A stretch of DNA of 64,000 nucleotides from Pirellulales bacterium (lineage in GTDB: Bacteria; Planctomycetota; Planctomycetia; Pirellulales; PALSA-1355). This document shows positions 34,028 through 44,776 of the stretch, piece after piece. Within the stretch, counting starts at the first letter, position 1; each line of letters opens with the position of its first letter. The notes under the pieces were generated by a model, which did not search any database, was not told where the DNA came from, and worked only from the letters and a program-made list of their open reading frames with translations. The position numbers and the translations under genes are program-made. The stretch lies in the NCBI GenBank assembly GCA_963733035.1, contig CAVTBU010000004.1, forward strand, positions 96,001-160,000. Reading direction: 5' to 3'.

Positions 34028-35350
34028 TCATTTTGCCTTCGCTTGCGCGTCGTCCTTCGGCAGGACCGCGTCGAGCAGCTTTTGCGTCGTGCGCTGTCCG
34101 TAGCCCAGCCAGGCTTGCTCCAGCCCATTGCGGGACTTGCTTTGCAGGGTTTTGAGGGCCAGCAGCTTGGCTTCTAGCGCCTCGCGGCTATTGGGTTCGT
34201 TAGCCAGTGCGGCGTCGGCCAGGCGGAGGCCCCGCACCGCGTCACCTGCCTCGGTCACCTCGCGGGATTTGGCGGCCACCACGTCGGCTCCGCCGGCGAG
34301 TTGCACGAGGTCGGCATCAGCCGCGTTGGGCGAGCGGGCATACATCGTCGCAGGATCCCGGTCGAACCAGCCGACGTAGCCGTCGTAGATACCACGCACC
34401 GACCAGGATACCTTTCCGTAGTCCTCGCCCACGTCGAGTTCGGCTGGCAGCTTCACTTCGCGCATCAGTGTGTAGACGTCTTTCCCCTCGTTCATTCCCT
34501 TGACGGTTTCGTCGTGCACGTACTGGATCGCGTCGCGGTATTTCGTCAGCCGCGCCACGACCTTGTCGTGGCCCTGGATTGGCAGGCCGTGACTGGGCAT
34601 GACCAACTCGGGCTTGAGCGACAGGACCTTGTTGAGCGAGGCGATGTATTCGAGTGGCCAGCGGGGTTGCGTCCCGCGAAGGGTATAAATGTTCGGGAAC
34701 GAATCGTAAATGTTGTCGCCCACGAAGGCGGCCTTATATTTCGGAATCCAAACCGTCAGAGCATCAGGGGTTTCTCCGGGCGTGTGGAAGATCTTGAATT
34801 TCAAACCGCCCAGCTCGAATTCGTAGTGATCGTCAAATGTGATCGTCGGTTCAACCTGCTGCGTGGGCGAGTCGGCCAGGGCTTGAACCCGCGAGAGGTC
34901 GAAATTGAACTGGGCGGCGCTGCTCCGGCTCAGATACCCCTTGATCCGGTCTTGGTAGGCCCGAAACGCCGGGAAGTTTTGTTGGGTAATGATTTGGGTG
35001 CCGGGCTGCTTCCACAGGTACACGCCGCCCGTGTGGTCGCCGTGGCCGTGCGTGAGGATGATGTATTTGATCGGCCCATCGCTGATCTTTCGCAGCATCT
35101 CGTGATGTTTGGTCGCCGTCGTCACCAGCGAGGTGTCGATGACGACATTCCCCTCGGGCGTGATCACCAGAAACGTGTTGCCGAAACCGACCGCCTGGTA
35201 AATGGCCTCGTTGATCTTGATCGGCTCTTTCAGATCTCGGCCGGCTTGCGTGAAGTCGACTGTCTGTCCCACCGCGACCGCTACCAGCACCAGCGCGGCA
35301 AACCATCCGGCGAGAACCTGCCTGATAAAGAATTTCTCACGAGCGGGCAT
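34028..35350 (-). CDS. MBL-fold alkyl sulfatase-like hydrolase
   Basis: THGHGDH, PGETPD, PNIYTLRG, PSHG, YVGWFD dimerisation motif. Confidence 0.87.
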   Translation of the reverse strand: MPAREKFFIRQVLAGWFAALVLVAVAVGQTVDFTQAGRDLKEPIKINEAIYQAVGFGNTFLVITPEGNVVIDTSLVTTATKHHEMLRKISDGPIKYIILTHGHGDHTGGVYLWKQPGTQIITQQNFPAFRAYQDRIKGYLSRSSAAQFNFDLSRVQALADSPTQQVEPTITFDDHYEFELGGLKFKIFHTPGETPDALTVWIPKYKAAFVGDNIYDSFPNIYTLRGTQPRWPLEYIASLNKVLSLKPELVMPSHGLPIQGHDKVVARLTKYRDAIQYVHDETVKGMNEGKDVYTLMREVKLPAELDVGEDYGKVSWSVRGIYDGYVGWFDRDPATMYARSPNAADADLVQLAGGADVVAAKSREVTEAGDAVRGLRLADAALANEPNSREALEAKLLALKTLQSKSRNGLEQAWLGYGQRTTQKLLDAVLPKDDAQAKAK

Positions 35351-35473
35351 GTTGCACTCCGTTTCTGATTCGTAAGATAAGGCCAACCGAGAGCGCGGCA
35401 ATGGCCGCCGCCGCTGTCGGTGAAATTGCGATTCCTTCTACGCGCCACTATAACACGCCCGGCCTCGCGCATC

Positions 35474-36604
35474 ATGATGATCAACCGCTTGGAACCCCTG
35501 TTGGCCGGCACCGTGCTGGCAGCTTTTTTGGCGGTCGCCCTGGCCGACCTTCGCAACGGCACTCCCTGGACAATCGAAACGGTGGCCGGAAACGGCCAGA
35601 GTGGTGATTTGCCCAGCGGCATTGGGCCGGGTGTGAAGCGGCCCGTCGATCAACCGTTCGGTGTCGAATGCGGGCCCGACGGGGCGCTGTACATCACGTC
35701 CGTCGGACAACATCGGGTGTTAAGGCTGGACACGAAAAGCGGGGAACTTTCCAGCGTCGCCGGTAGCGGCAAGGCCGGCTATGGCGGCGACGGCGGTCCC
35801 GCCACCGATGCATTGCTCAATGAACCGTACGAAGTTCGCTTCGATTCGGCCGGCCATTACATGTACTTCGTGGAGATGAAAAATCACTTGATCCGCCGCG
35901 TCGACCTGCACACCGGCATCATCTCAACCGTCGCTGGCAGCCCGCAACCGGGTTACTCGGGCGACGATGGGCCGGCCAGTGAAGCCCGCTTTCGTCAGCC
36001 GCATAGCATCGCGCTGGACGACCAGGGGCAACTTTACGTGGCCGACATCGGCAACCATCGGATTCGCTCCATCGATCTGGCCACAGGCACGATCCGCACG
36101 ATCGCGGGCACGGGTGAAACGGAGCTGCCCCAGGACGGCGCCTGCGCGGCTGGCAGTCCGATATTCGGTCCCCGCGCCTTGCATGTGGTGGGCCGCAGCA
36201 TGTGGATTGCCCTCCGCGAAGGAAACAGCATTTGGCGGCTCGATCTCGACTCGGGGATCCTGCGCCACGTGGCCGGCACGGGCAAATCCGGCTACTCGGG
36301 CGATGGTGGCCCACCGTTGGCTGCCACCTTCAATGGTCCAAAAGGCATCGCCGCCACCGATGACGACATACTCTATGTCGTCGATACGGAGAATCAGGTC
36401 ATTCGGCGAATCGACACACGGAACCAATTCATTGAGACGATTGCCGGCGGCGGTCCCGATTCACGAGGATTCGCTGTCGACCGCGGTCCGGCGCTCCGCG
36501 CGAAACTCGACCGGCCGCATGGCATCGGGCTGGCCCCCGATGGAAGCTTGTACATCGGCGATACGAACAATCACCGCGTGCGGTGGCTGAATCGAGCGAA
36601 GTAG
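35474..36604 (+). CDS. NHL-repeat protein
   Basis: Repeated AG.G..GY.GDGGPA..A....P.GI units; ADIGNHRIR. Confidence 0.85.
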   Translation: MMINRLEPLLAGTVLAAFLAVALADLRNGTPWTIETVAGNGQSGDLPSGIGPGVKRPVDQPFGVECGPDGALYITSVGQHRVLRLDTKSGELSSVAGSGKAGYGGDGGPATDALLNEPYEVRFDSAGHYMYFVEMKNHLIRRVDLHTGIISTVAGSPQPGYSGDDGPASEARFRQPHSIALDDQGQLYVADIGNHRIRSIDLATGTIRTIAGTGETELPQDGACAAGSPIFGPRALHVVGRSMWIALREGNSIWRLDLDSGILRHVAGTGKSGYSGDGGPPLAATFNGPKGIAATDDDILYVVDTENQVIRRIDTRNQFIETIAGGGPDSRGFAVDRGPALRAKLDRPHGIGLAPDGSLYIGDTNNHRVRWLNRAK

Positions 36605-36621
36605 GACCGACGCCTGCGTCG

Positions 36622-37869
36622 CTACTTTTTCTCGATGCGGTAGAGCGCCTGCTTCGTGCGCAGGTAGATCGCTTTGCCGTACACGGCCGGCGAAGCCATG
36701 CACCCGGCGTCGAGCGTGTTGGTGGCCAGAAGCTCGTAGTCGCGCGAAGCGGCGACGACGAAGGTCTGCCCCTCGTGATTGCTGAAGTAGATGCGCCCCT
36801 CGGCGCAGATGGGCGAAGCAGAGAATTCGCCTTCCAGCCGCTTGTTCCACACACGCTCGCCCGTCATGGCGTCCAGACAGGTGACCACTCCGTTGTCGGC
36901 CACCATGAAAATCAGATCGTCCACCAAAACCGTCGACGAACGAGTGGGCACGCCCTGGCTGGTTTTCCACACGACGTTCGTTTTCGTCAGGTCGCCGGTC
37001 CCCCCCGGCCGCATGGCAAACAGCCGAAACCCTCCGGCCGCCGTGTTCAGATACAAAAGGCCGTGCCCCAGCAGCGGCGGATTGCAGGCGTTCATGCCGC
37101 CGTGGTTGATTCGCCAAATTTCCGCGCCGGTTTCGGGCACATAGGCAATCGTGGCCCCCGCACTGGGATAGACGAGCTCTTGAATGCCGTCGACTTCGAT
37201 GACCTTGGCAGTGCCATAGCCTTTCTTCATGTCGCCATTTTCGGTGCCATATTCGATATTGCGGTCGCGCTTCCAGACGGTCTGGCCGGTTCGCTTGTCA
37301 AACGCCACGACGTACTGGTAGTCGTAGCCGTCGTAGGCCACGACAAGAAGATTGCCATAGAGGATCGGAGAAGAAGCCGGGCCGCGAAAGTGATTGCACT
37401 TGAGGTCCTGGCGAGTCCACAGAACCTGGCCACTGCCGGTGTCGAGACAAGCCGTGCCGTGCGCTCCAAAGTGGACGTAGACGCGGCCGGCTTCGATCGC
37501 CGGGGTGCAAGAGCCGTAGCTGTTGAGCGAGTAGCAGAACTGCGGCTCCGCGATGTCGAAGACCTTGATATCGTGGACGATCTTGCCGCTATTGCGATCA
37601 ACGCAAACCGCGAACAGCTCTTTGCCGTCCTCGGTGGCCGTGGTCATCCACACCTGGTCCTCCCAAATCACAGGCGACGACCAGGCGCGGCCATGAATCG
37701 GAGTTTTCCAGGCGATGTTCTCGGTCTCGCTCCAAGTGACGGGCAGGCCGGTTTCCGCAGTCAGCCCATCCCCCCGCGGACCGCGAAACTGCGTCCAGTT
37801 TTCGGCCGAGAAAGCAACCGATGCGGCAAACGAACAGGCGAGGCAAAGAACAAACGCGACGCGTGGCAT
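36622..37869 (-). CDS. PQQ-like beta-propeller protein
   Basis: WTQFRGP.GDG, WSSPV, SSPIL, ASPA. Confidence 0.88.
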   Translation of the reverse strand: MPRVAFVLCLACSFAASVAFSAENWTQFRGPRGDGLTAETGLPVTWSETENIAWKTPIHGRAWSSPVIWEDQVWMTTATEDGKELFAVCVDRNSGKIVHDIKVFDIAEPQFCYSLNSYGSCTPAIEAGRVYVHFGAHGTACLDTGSGQVLWTRQDLKCNHFRGPASSPILYGNLLVVAYDGYDYQYVVAFDKRTGQTVWKRDRNIEYGTENGDMKKGYGTAKVIEVDGIQELVYPSAGATIAYVPETGAEIWRINHGGMNACNPPLLGHGLLYLNTAAGGFRLFAMRPGGTGDLTKTNVVWKTSQGVPTRSSTVLVDDLIFMVADNGVVTCLDAMTGERVWNKRLEGEFSASPICAEGRIYFSNHEGQTFVVAASRDYELLATNTLDAGCMASPAVYGKAIYLRTKQALYRIEKK

Positions 37870-37990
37870 GGGAAGGTCCGCTAGGGTCGGTGGGGCAATT
37901 GGCGAGGCATCGGCCGTCTATTGTAACCGGAGAGATTGCCGGCCGCATCCTGGGGCCGCGACAAGCTACGAATCGCTTTGCGCAGGCAAG

Positions 37991-38976
37991 CTACCGTTCG
38001 AATGCTGGTCTGACTTCGCGGTTGACGACCGACGATTCCGGCCAGCGGCCGGCCAGCAGATCGATGACGCATTGGGCCGCCCCCGTCGCCATATCCTCGC
38101 GAGCCTGCGTATCGAACGACGCCACGTGCGGCGTGATGACGACATTGTCGAGCGACAACAGCGGATGGTCGGCCGGCGGCGGTTCGGTTTTCAAGACGTC
38201 GAGCCCGGCGCCGGCCAGGTGTCCGCACTTGAGCGCGTCGTATAGATCCGGCTCCTTGACCAGACCGCCGCGCGCGGTGTTGATCAGGACGCTGCCCGGC
38301 TTCATCAGCGCCAGCGTACGGGCATTGACAAGATCGTGCGTCTCGGGCGTGCTCGGCGCATGCAGCGTCACGAAGTCGGACTGCCGCAGAAGTGTTTCCA
38401 GGTCGACTAGTTCGATTCCACCCGCGCGGCGGCATCGCGGTCCGGATATTGATCGAACGCGACGACCCGCATCCCAAAGGCTTTGGCCCGCGCGGCCACG
38501 CTGCGGCCGATTCTCCCCAGGCCGACGATGCCCAGCGTCGAGCCGCGCAGCGGAATGAAGGCCATTTGCCGCCGCCAGTTACCTGCTTTAGTGTCCACCG
38601 CTCGAGTTACGATTTGCCTCGCTACTGTCAGCATCAGCGCCAGGGCGTGTTCGGCCACAGCCTCGTAGTTGCCTTCAGGCGTAATCGTGACGGCGATGTT
38701 GCGCCGCGTGGCGGCGGGCACGTCGATTTGATCGTAGCCAACACCGTTGCGGGCAATCACGCGCAGACGCGGCAGTTCGCCCAGCACGCGATGCGTATAA
38801 GGCTCGCTGCCCGCCAAAACGGCGTCCATGTCGGCGACCTCGGCGATCGTGTCCGCTTCGGCCCGCATCACGGCCTTCGACGGATACCGGTACTCGTGGC
38901 CCGCGGCGCGCAGCATTTCGAGATGCGGCCCGGGCAGATCGCGAATCGCCTCGGCGGTAATCAGAATGCGTGCCAT
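37991..38976 (-). CDS. D-2-hydroxyacid (phosphoglycerate dehydrogenase-like) dehydrogenase, 1-nt frameshift near 38424
   Basis: GVGYD, AVAEH, GLGRIG, then shifted SDFVTLHAP, INTARG, LDV..EP, TPH. Confidence 0.9.
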
Positions 38977-39009
38977 GTCGCCCAGCTTATAGGCCGCACG
39001 GCGAGGATG

Positions 39010-39724
39010 CTAGGGGCGAGCGGTTAGGCGCCGCCGTCGCCGTCCCCAAATCGACAGAACTGCCACTCCGCATGCCGCCAACAGAACTGAGGAAGGCTCG
39101 GGCACGACGGTAATGCTGTTGACGACAACGGCATAGTCGAGGGGGTTCGGTGCTCCATTGGTGTAGTTGATCAGCGGCAGGTTGGTAAACGCACCGTTGA
39201 AATTGAACGTCTGCACCGCCGCGATCGCATCGACCACGTCCATGCCGTTGCCGAGTACGTGTCCAAAAACGGCGTAACCATCGGGGCTGAAGCCGCCAGG
39301 AGCCAGACCGGCCGAATTGTCGACGGTGTTGATGAACCACTGAGTCGTCGCCGTATCAGGAGCTGACATACGAGCCATGGCAATCGTGCCACGCTCGTTG
39401 GGCAACGAATACTCCAGCGGAATCGTTCCGTGGTTTGGAATGGGCGTCGCGTCCGCGGCGTGGAAACCGCCCCCCTGGATCACAAAGCCTGGTATCGAAC
39501 GGTGGACGAGAGTGTCGACAAAGTATCCGGAATTGAGGTTGTCCAAAAAGTTGGCGACCGTGATCGGGGCCACCGAATCGTAGAGTTCGACGTCGAATGT
39601 GCCCAGGTTCGTGTCGAATTGAACGATCGTGTTCGCGCGCCGGCCGTGTCATGGCAAACACGACGACGAAACTCGATAACATTACAACCAACCTGCTTGA
39701 GCGGAACGCTTGTTTTTGCTTCAT
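39010..39724 (-). CDS. Cyclophilin-type PPIase with PEP-CTERM sorting signal, 1-nt frameshift near 39637
   Basis: APITVANF, HRSIPGFVIQGGG, GTIAMAR, QWFIN, YAVFG; C-terminal VPEPSS-TM-RRRRR. Confidence 0.88.
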
Positions 39725-40184
39725 GAATCTCGTTTCGGCCTCGATGATGTGGTATCTGGATTGGCAACTTTTGTCACGCACGGAACAACCCGACCTGGCG
39801 ACAACGATTCCCTGCCATCGATCGGGGAGAGAGCGAATGTGGCCGGCAAAGTGTGCCGGCCTAGCGAATCAACAGAAGCGTCTGCGCCTGGCGATCGCGG
39901 TCGCTCGAATTAGAAGATGCCGCGGGCTTGCCTGCTCACGGCCGGTCTGTCACTGGCAAATCCCAACATCCGGTCGCCAGCACAACGGCGGCCACCGGAG
40001 CAAGCGTTGCGATGGAACCCATCGTGGAGAGTTTTCCGATGCAGCTATACTAATTGACGCGCCGCAGATTTGCCAACATTTTCTTGGAATGGAGCTCGCG
40101 CCGCGTCGAGCTCTGTAACTCGCTGCGGGCCTTGCTATAATCGCGAATACCTCAGCGCTGCCCACCTCAATTACAAGTAGCTCG

Positions 40185-43100
40185 ATGGCATTTCGTCCAA
40201 GGCTGTGCGACCGTCCTTTTACTGACGCAACCAGGTTGCTGTGGTCCCTATGCCTGGCTTGCTCGCTGGCTTCCGCGCAGGCCGCCGATTTTCAAGATCA
40301 AATCGCGCCGATCTTCGAGCGACACTGCGTCGGCTGCCACTCCGGCGCGGAGCCGAAGGGAGGGCTCGACCTGACGACTGGGTCCAGGGCATTTGCTGGC
40401 GGAGAAAGCGGCGAACTGCTCGCGCCCGGCAAGCCCGCTAATAGCCTCCTGCTGGATTACATCTCCGGCGAATCGCCCGAGATGCCCAAGGATGCTCTGC
40501 CGCTTGCGGCTAAGCAGGTCGAGGCTATTCGGCAATGGATCGCCGCTGGTGCTCCCTGGCCAGAGGATGTCGTACTCACCGACAAGAAAGCGATCGACAC
40601 CAACTGGTGGTCGTTATTGTCGTGGCAGGCCATACATGTGCCGCAGGGCGACGATCCCTGGATTCGCACGCCGGTCGATGCCTTCATTCTGGCAAAGTTG
40701 CGGGAGCAGAAGCTGTCGCCCAGCGCCGCGGCCGATCGGCGGACGCTCATTCGCCGCTTGACGTACGACCTGCACGGTCTGCCCCCCACGCCGGAGGAGA
40801 TCGACGCTTTCATCGCCGACACGCGCGAAGGTGCCTATGGCCGACTGGTCGATCGGCTGCTCGCTTCGCCGCGGTATGGCGAACGCTGGGGCCGGCACTG
40901 GCTCGACATCGTGCACTACGGTGAGTCGCATGGGTACGACAAGGACAAGCCGCGGCCAAACGCCTGGCCCTATCGCGACTATGTGATCGAAAGCCTGAAC
41001 CAGGACAAGCCCTACGATCGCTTTGTGGCCGAGCAGATCGCCGGCGACGTGCTGTTTTCGACCGATCCGGCGGCCACGGTCGCCACCGGCTTCATTGTGG
41101 CCGGGCCTTGGGATTTCGTAGGTCACGTCGAACTACGCGAAGGCACCGCCGACAAGGACATCGCCCGCTCGAACGACCGCGACGACATGGTCGCCAATGC
41201 CATGTCGACGTTCGTGAGTCTCACCGTCCACTGCGCACGTTGCCACAATCACAAGTTCGATCCGATCCTGCAAAAGGACTACTATGCGCTACAAGCAGTA
41301 TTCGCCGGCGTCGATCGGGCCGATCGCAAGTACGATGCCGATCCCGTAGTGGGCGGCCGTCGGCTGGCGCTTGCAAACGAGAAGCGGCAACTCGAACAAC
41401 AGCTCGGCCGTATCCAACAGCGGATGAAAGAGGTGACCAGCCCAGAGATCGCGGGCGTCGATGTGCGAATCAAAATCTGGCAGGCTGAGCTAGCCGCCTT
41501 GCCGAAATCCCAGCCGAGCCAGACGCTTGGCTACCACAGCCAGATCATGCCCATGCAGCAAGTCGTGAAGTGGGTGCAGGTGGATCTGGGAAAACGACAG
41601 ACGCTGGACGAAATCGTGCTGGTGCCGGCGCATGTTGTGTACGGCGGCCACCCGGGCCCCGGCTTTGGCTTTCCACCCCGCTACAAGGTCGAGGTTTCCG
41701 ACGATCCCGAATTTACAACCAGTCGGATCCTGGTCGACCACACGGCGGCTGATGTTCCGCATCCTGGAGACACCTGGCAGCATATCCCCGCCGTGGGCGC
41801 CGCGGGCCGCTACGTTCGCGTCACGGCCACGAAGCTCTGGAAACGAACCGACGATTGGATTTTCGCCCTCGGCGAACTGATCGCGCTGTCGGGCGGCCAA
41901 AACGTCGCGTTCGGCCGACCCGTGACCGGGCTCGACTCGATCGAGGCCGCGCCCAGCTGGGCCGCCAAAAATCTCGTCGACGGCTTTAGCAGTTTGGAAA
42001 AGATCGCCTCGGAGGAGGGGCTGCCGCTACGCCGCGAAGAACTCGAGAAGCATTTGCAAGAGGCCGGCGAACTCCGCGAGCGGCTCGTCCGTCAGCAACT
42101 CGACGACGTCACACGGAGCCAGCTCACCCTATTCGAAAAGCTGCTGCCGGACGTAGAGTCGGCCTTGGCGGCGCTCCCTGCGCAACAGGTCGTCTATGCC
42201 GCAACGCATGAGTTCGACTCGCAGGGAAGCTTTCGGCCGGCACCCGAACCACGGCCCGTGCATCTGCTGGCCCGCGGCGACGTGCGAAGTCCGCAAGAAC
42301 TGGTGGCCCCCGGAGCCGTAGCCTGCGTGCAAGGGCCCGATGCGAACTTCCCCCTTGAAGCTCCACAAAACGAAGGTGCTCGCCGCGCCGCGCTGGCACA
42401 GTGGTTGGTTGACCCGCGAAACGCCCTCATGCGGCGGTCGATCGTCAATCGGGTGTGGCAGTATCACTTCGGCCGCGGACTGGTCGACTCGCCCAACGAC
42501 TTCGGTCGCATGGGTTCGCTGCCGACTCATCCCGAACTACTCGAATGGCTGGCCCGCTGGTTTGCCGATCACGGGCATTCACTCAAACAGCTGCATCGCC
42601 TGCTGCTGACCAGCGCCGTCTACCAGCAAAGTTCCGCGTCGAATCCCGAGTATCAACGCTTGGACGCGGGCAATCGCTACCTATGGCGGATGAACCGCAC
42701 CCGGCTCGACGCGGAATGCGTGCGCGACGCAATGCTCTACGTCACCGGTCGGCTCGATCTGGCCATGGGCGGACCGAGCGTGCAGCAGTTCTACTTCAAG
42801 GACGACCACTCGCCAGTCTACGATTACACACGGTTCGACGTGGACGATCCGCGCAGTCTGCGTCGCAGCGTGTATCGTTTTCTCGTGAGGAGCGTCCCCG
42901 ATCCGTTCATGGATTGCCTCGATTGTGCGGACCCGTCGATCATGACCCCCAAGCGGAACACGACGCTAACGTCCATTCAGGCTTTGGCAATTCTAAACAA
43001 TCCGTTGGTCGTCCGCCAGGCGGAACATTTTGCCGAGCGTCTCAGGACCCTGCATGTTGCTCCTTCGGCGCAGATCGAGGAGGCCTACCGCCTGGCACTG

Positions 43101-43217
43101 GGACGCAAGCCGCGCGACGGGGAGATACAAGCCCTCGTGGTCTACGCCTCGAAGTTTGGGCTGGCGAATGCTTGCCGCGTCATTCTCAACAGCAATGAGT
43201 TCATGTTCGTCGACTGA
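40185..43217 (+). CDS. PSD1/planctomycete cytochrome c protein (DUF1549/DUF1553) with discoidin-like insert
   Basis: [51 protein letters not shown]. Confidence 0.93.
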   Translation: MAFRPRLCDRPFTDATRLLWSLCLACSLASAQAADFQDQIAPIFERHCVGCHSGAEPKGGLDLTTGSRAFAGGESGELLAPGKPANSLLLDYISGESPEMPKDALPLAAKQVEAIRQWIAAGAPWPEDVVLTDKKAIDTNWWSLLSWQAIHVPQGDDPWIRTPVDAFILAKLREQKLSPSAAADRRTLIRRLTYDLHGLPPTPEEIDAFIADTREGAYGRLVDRLLASPRYGERWGRHWLDIVHYGESHGYDKDKPRPNAWPYRDYVIESLNQDKPYDRFVAEQIAGDVLFSTDPAATVATGFIVAGPWDFVGHVELREGTADKDIARSNDRDDMVANAMSTFVSLTVHCARCHNHKFDPILQKDYYALQAVFAGVDRADRKYDADPVVGGRRLALANEKRQLEQQLGRIQQRMKEVTSPEIAGVDVRIKIWQAELAALPKSQPSQTLGYHSQIMPMQQVVKWVQVDLGKRQTLDEIVLVPAHVVYGGHPGPGFGFPPRYKVEVSDDPEFTTSRILVDHTAADVPHPGDTWQHIPAVGAAGRYVRVTATKLWKRTDDWIFALGELIALSGGQNVAFGRPVTGLDSIEAAPSWAAKNLVDGFSSLEKIASEEGLPLRREELEKHLQEAGELRERLVRQQLDDVTRSQLTLFEKLLPDVESALAALPAQQVVYAATHEFDSQGSFRPAPEPRPVHLLARGDVRSPQELVAPGAVACVQGPDANFPLEAPQNEGARRAALAQWLVDPRNALMRRSIVNRVWQYHFGRGLVDSPNDFGRMGSLPTHPELLEWLARWFADHGHSLKQLHRLLLTSAVYQQSSASNPEYQRLDAGNRYLWRMNRTRLDAECVRDAMLYVTGRLDLAMGGPSVQQFYFKDDHSPVYDYTRFDVDDPRSLRRSVYRFLVRSVPDPFMDCLDCADPSIMTPKRNTTLTSIQALAILNNPLVVRQAEHFAERLRTLHVAPSAQIEEAYRLALGRKPRDGEIQALVVYASKFGLANACRVILNSNEFMFVD

Positions 43218-43232
43218 ACACCCGGACTGGCC

Positions 43233-44684
43233 ATGAAATCCTCCGCACCTCAAAGACCCACTCGTCGCGAGTTCCTGTGGCACAGCGGCGGCGGATTGGG
43301 GGGCGTTGCACTTGCACATTTGCTCGCCGAGGCCGGTTTGCTTGGTGAGGCAAACGCAGCCGAAACGCAGGGACAACCGATCGCCGGATTGCACCACCCG
43401 CCAAAAGCAAAACGCGTCGTGCAGTTCTTCATGTCGGGGGCGGCCAGCCAGTGCGACATGTTCGACTACAAGCCCGAGCTCATCCAGCGAAACGGCCAGA
43501 CCTGGGACCCCGGCGAAAAAGTGGAGTTGTTTCAGAGCACGCCGGGCGCTTGCATGGCCAGCCCCTGGGCGTGGAAGCAATATGGCGAGTGTGGCCATTG
43601 GATGAGCGACCTGGTGCCGCACTTGGCTACCTGTGTCGACGACATCGCGTTTTTGCACGCCATGATCTCCAAGTCGAACGTGCACGGGCCCGCCACGTTC
43701 ATGCAGAACACCGGCTTCGTACTGCCGGGGTTTCCGAGCATGGGGGCCTGGGTTTCGTATGGCCTGGGCAGTCTGACCGACAACCTGCCGACCTTCGTGG
43801 TGCTGCCCGACGCGCGCGGCTTTGCGCCAAACGGCCCTGGTAACTGGAGTTCCGGCTTTCTGCCGGCCGCGCACCAGGGAACGCTGATCAAGCCCTCGGC
43901 CGCGAATCCAATCGCCGACTTGTTTCCTCCCGATGACGCCAAGTTCATCACGCCGGAGAGCGAATCCGAGGGACTGGCACTTCTCAAGGAGCTCAACGAA
44001 CAGCATCTGGCCGAGCGAGCGGGCGACTCGCGGCTCGATGCCCGAATCGCTTCCTACGAGTTGGCAGCCAAGCTGCAACTTAGCGCGCCCGAGGTACTCG
44101 ACATCGCCTCGGAAACAGCCGCCACACAACGCAGCTACGGGCTGGAAGACAAAGTGACGGAGGATTTTGGCCGCAATTGCCTGATCGCGCGGCGGCTGCT
44201 CGAACGGGGCGTGCGGTTTGTACAGGTGTGGAGCGGAGCCGACAACGGCTTTCCGCGCCGCAACTGGGACAGTCACGAGGACATCGCCCGCGACCACGGC
44301 GACATGGGCCGCAGCATGGATCAGCCCGCTGCGGCACTGATCAAGGATTTGAAAGCCCGCGGCATGCTCGACGATACGATTGTGATCTGGACCACGGAGT
44401 TCGGCCGCATGCCTTGCAGCCAGGGTGGAAAGGGACGCGATCACAACCCGTTCGCGTTTACTTCGTGGTTGGGCGGTGGCGGGGTTCGCGGCGGCGTCAG
44501 CTACGGGGCGAGCGACGAGTGGTCGTACAAGGCGGTCGAGAACCCGACTTACTGCTACGACCTGCACGCCACGGTTTTGCACCTGTTGGGCATCAATCAC
44601 GAAAAACTCACTTTCCGCCACAACGGCATCGACCGCCGCCTGACGGACGTGCACGGACACGTGATTCAGGAAATCGTCGCCTGA
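43233..44684 (+). CDS. DUF1501 protein (Tat)
   Basis: TRREFL, FFMSGAASQCD, WDSH, TEFGR, GRDHN. Confidence 0.93.
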   Translation: MKSSAPQRPTRREFLWHSGGGLGGVALAHLLAEAGLLGEANAAETQGQPIAGLHHPPKAKRVVQFFMSGAASQCDMFDYKPELIQRNGQTWDPGEKVELFQSTPGACMASPWAWKQYGECGHWMSDLVPHLATCVDDIAFLHAMISKSNVHGPATFMQNTGFVLPGFPSMGAWVSYGLGSLTDNLPTFVVLPDARGFAPNGPGNWSSGFLPAAHQGTLIKPSAANPIADLFPPDDAKFITPESESEGLALLKELNEQHLAERAGDSRLDARIASYELAAKLQLSAPEVLDIASETAATQRSYGLEDKVTEDFGRNCLIARRLLERGVRFVQVWSGADNGFPRRNWDSHEDIARDHGDMGRSMDQPAAALIKDLKARGMLDDTIVIWTTEFGRMPCSQGGKGRDHNPFAFTSWLGGGGVRGGVSYGASDEWSYKAVENPTYCYDLHATVLHLLGINHEKLTFRHNGIDRRLTDVHGHVIQEIVA

Positions 44685-44776
44685 TTCGCGGCCGATTGCC
44701 CCTGGGAGCCGATCGTCATCACGACTATCATGGCCGTGTGTGCTGATGCCTCGGTTCGTGCCCGCCTCAAGACGCC

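Noticed and set aside
39730..40184. ncRNA or gene in the ~450-nt divergent intergenic region
   Set aside because: No convincing helices or coding signal; consistent with divergent promoters.
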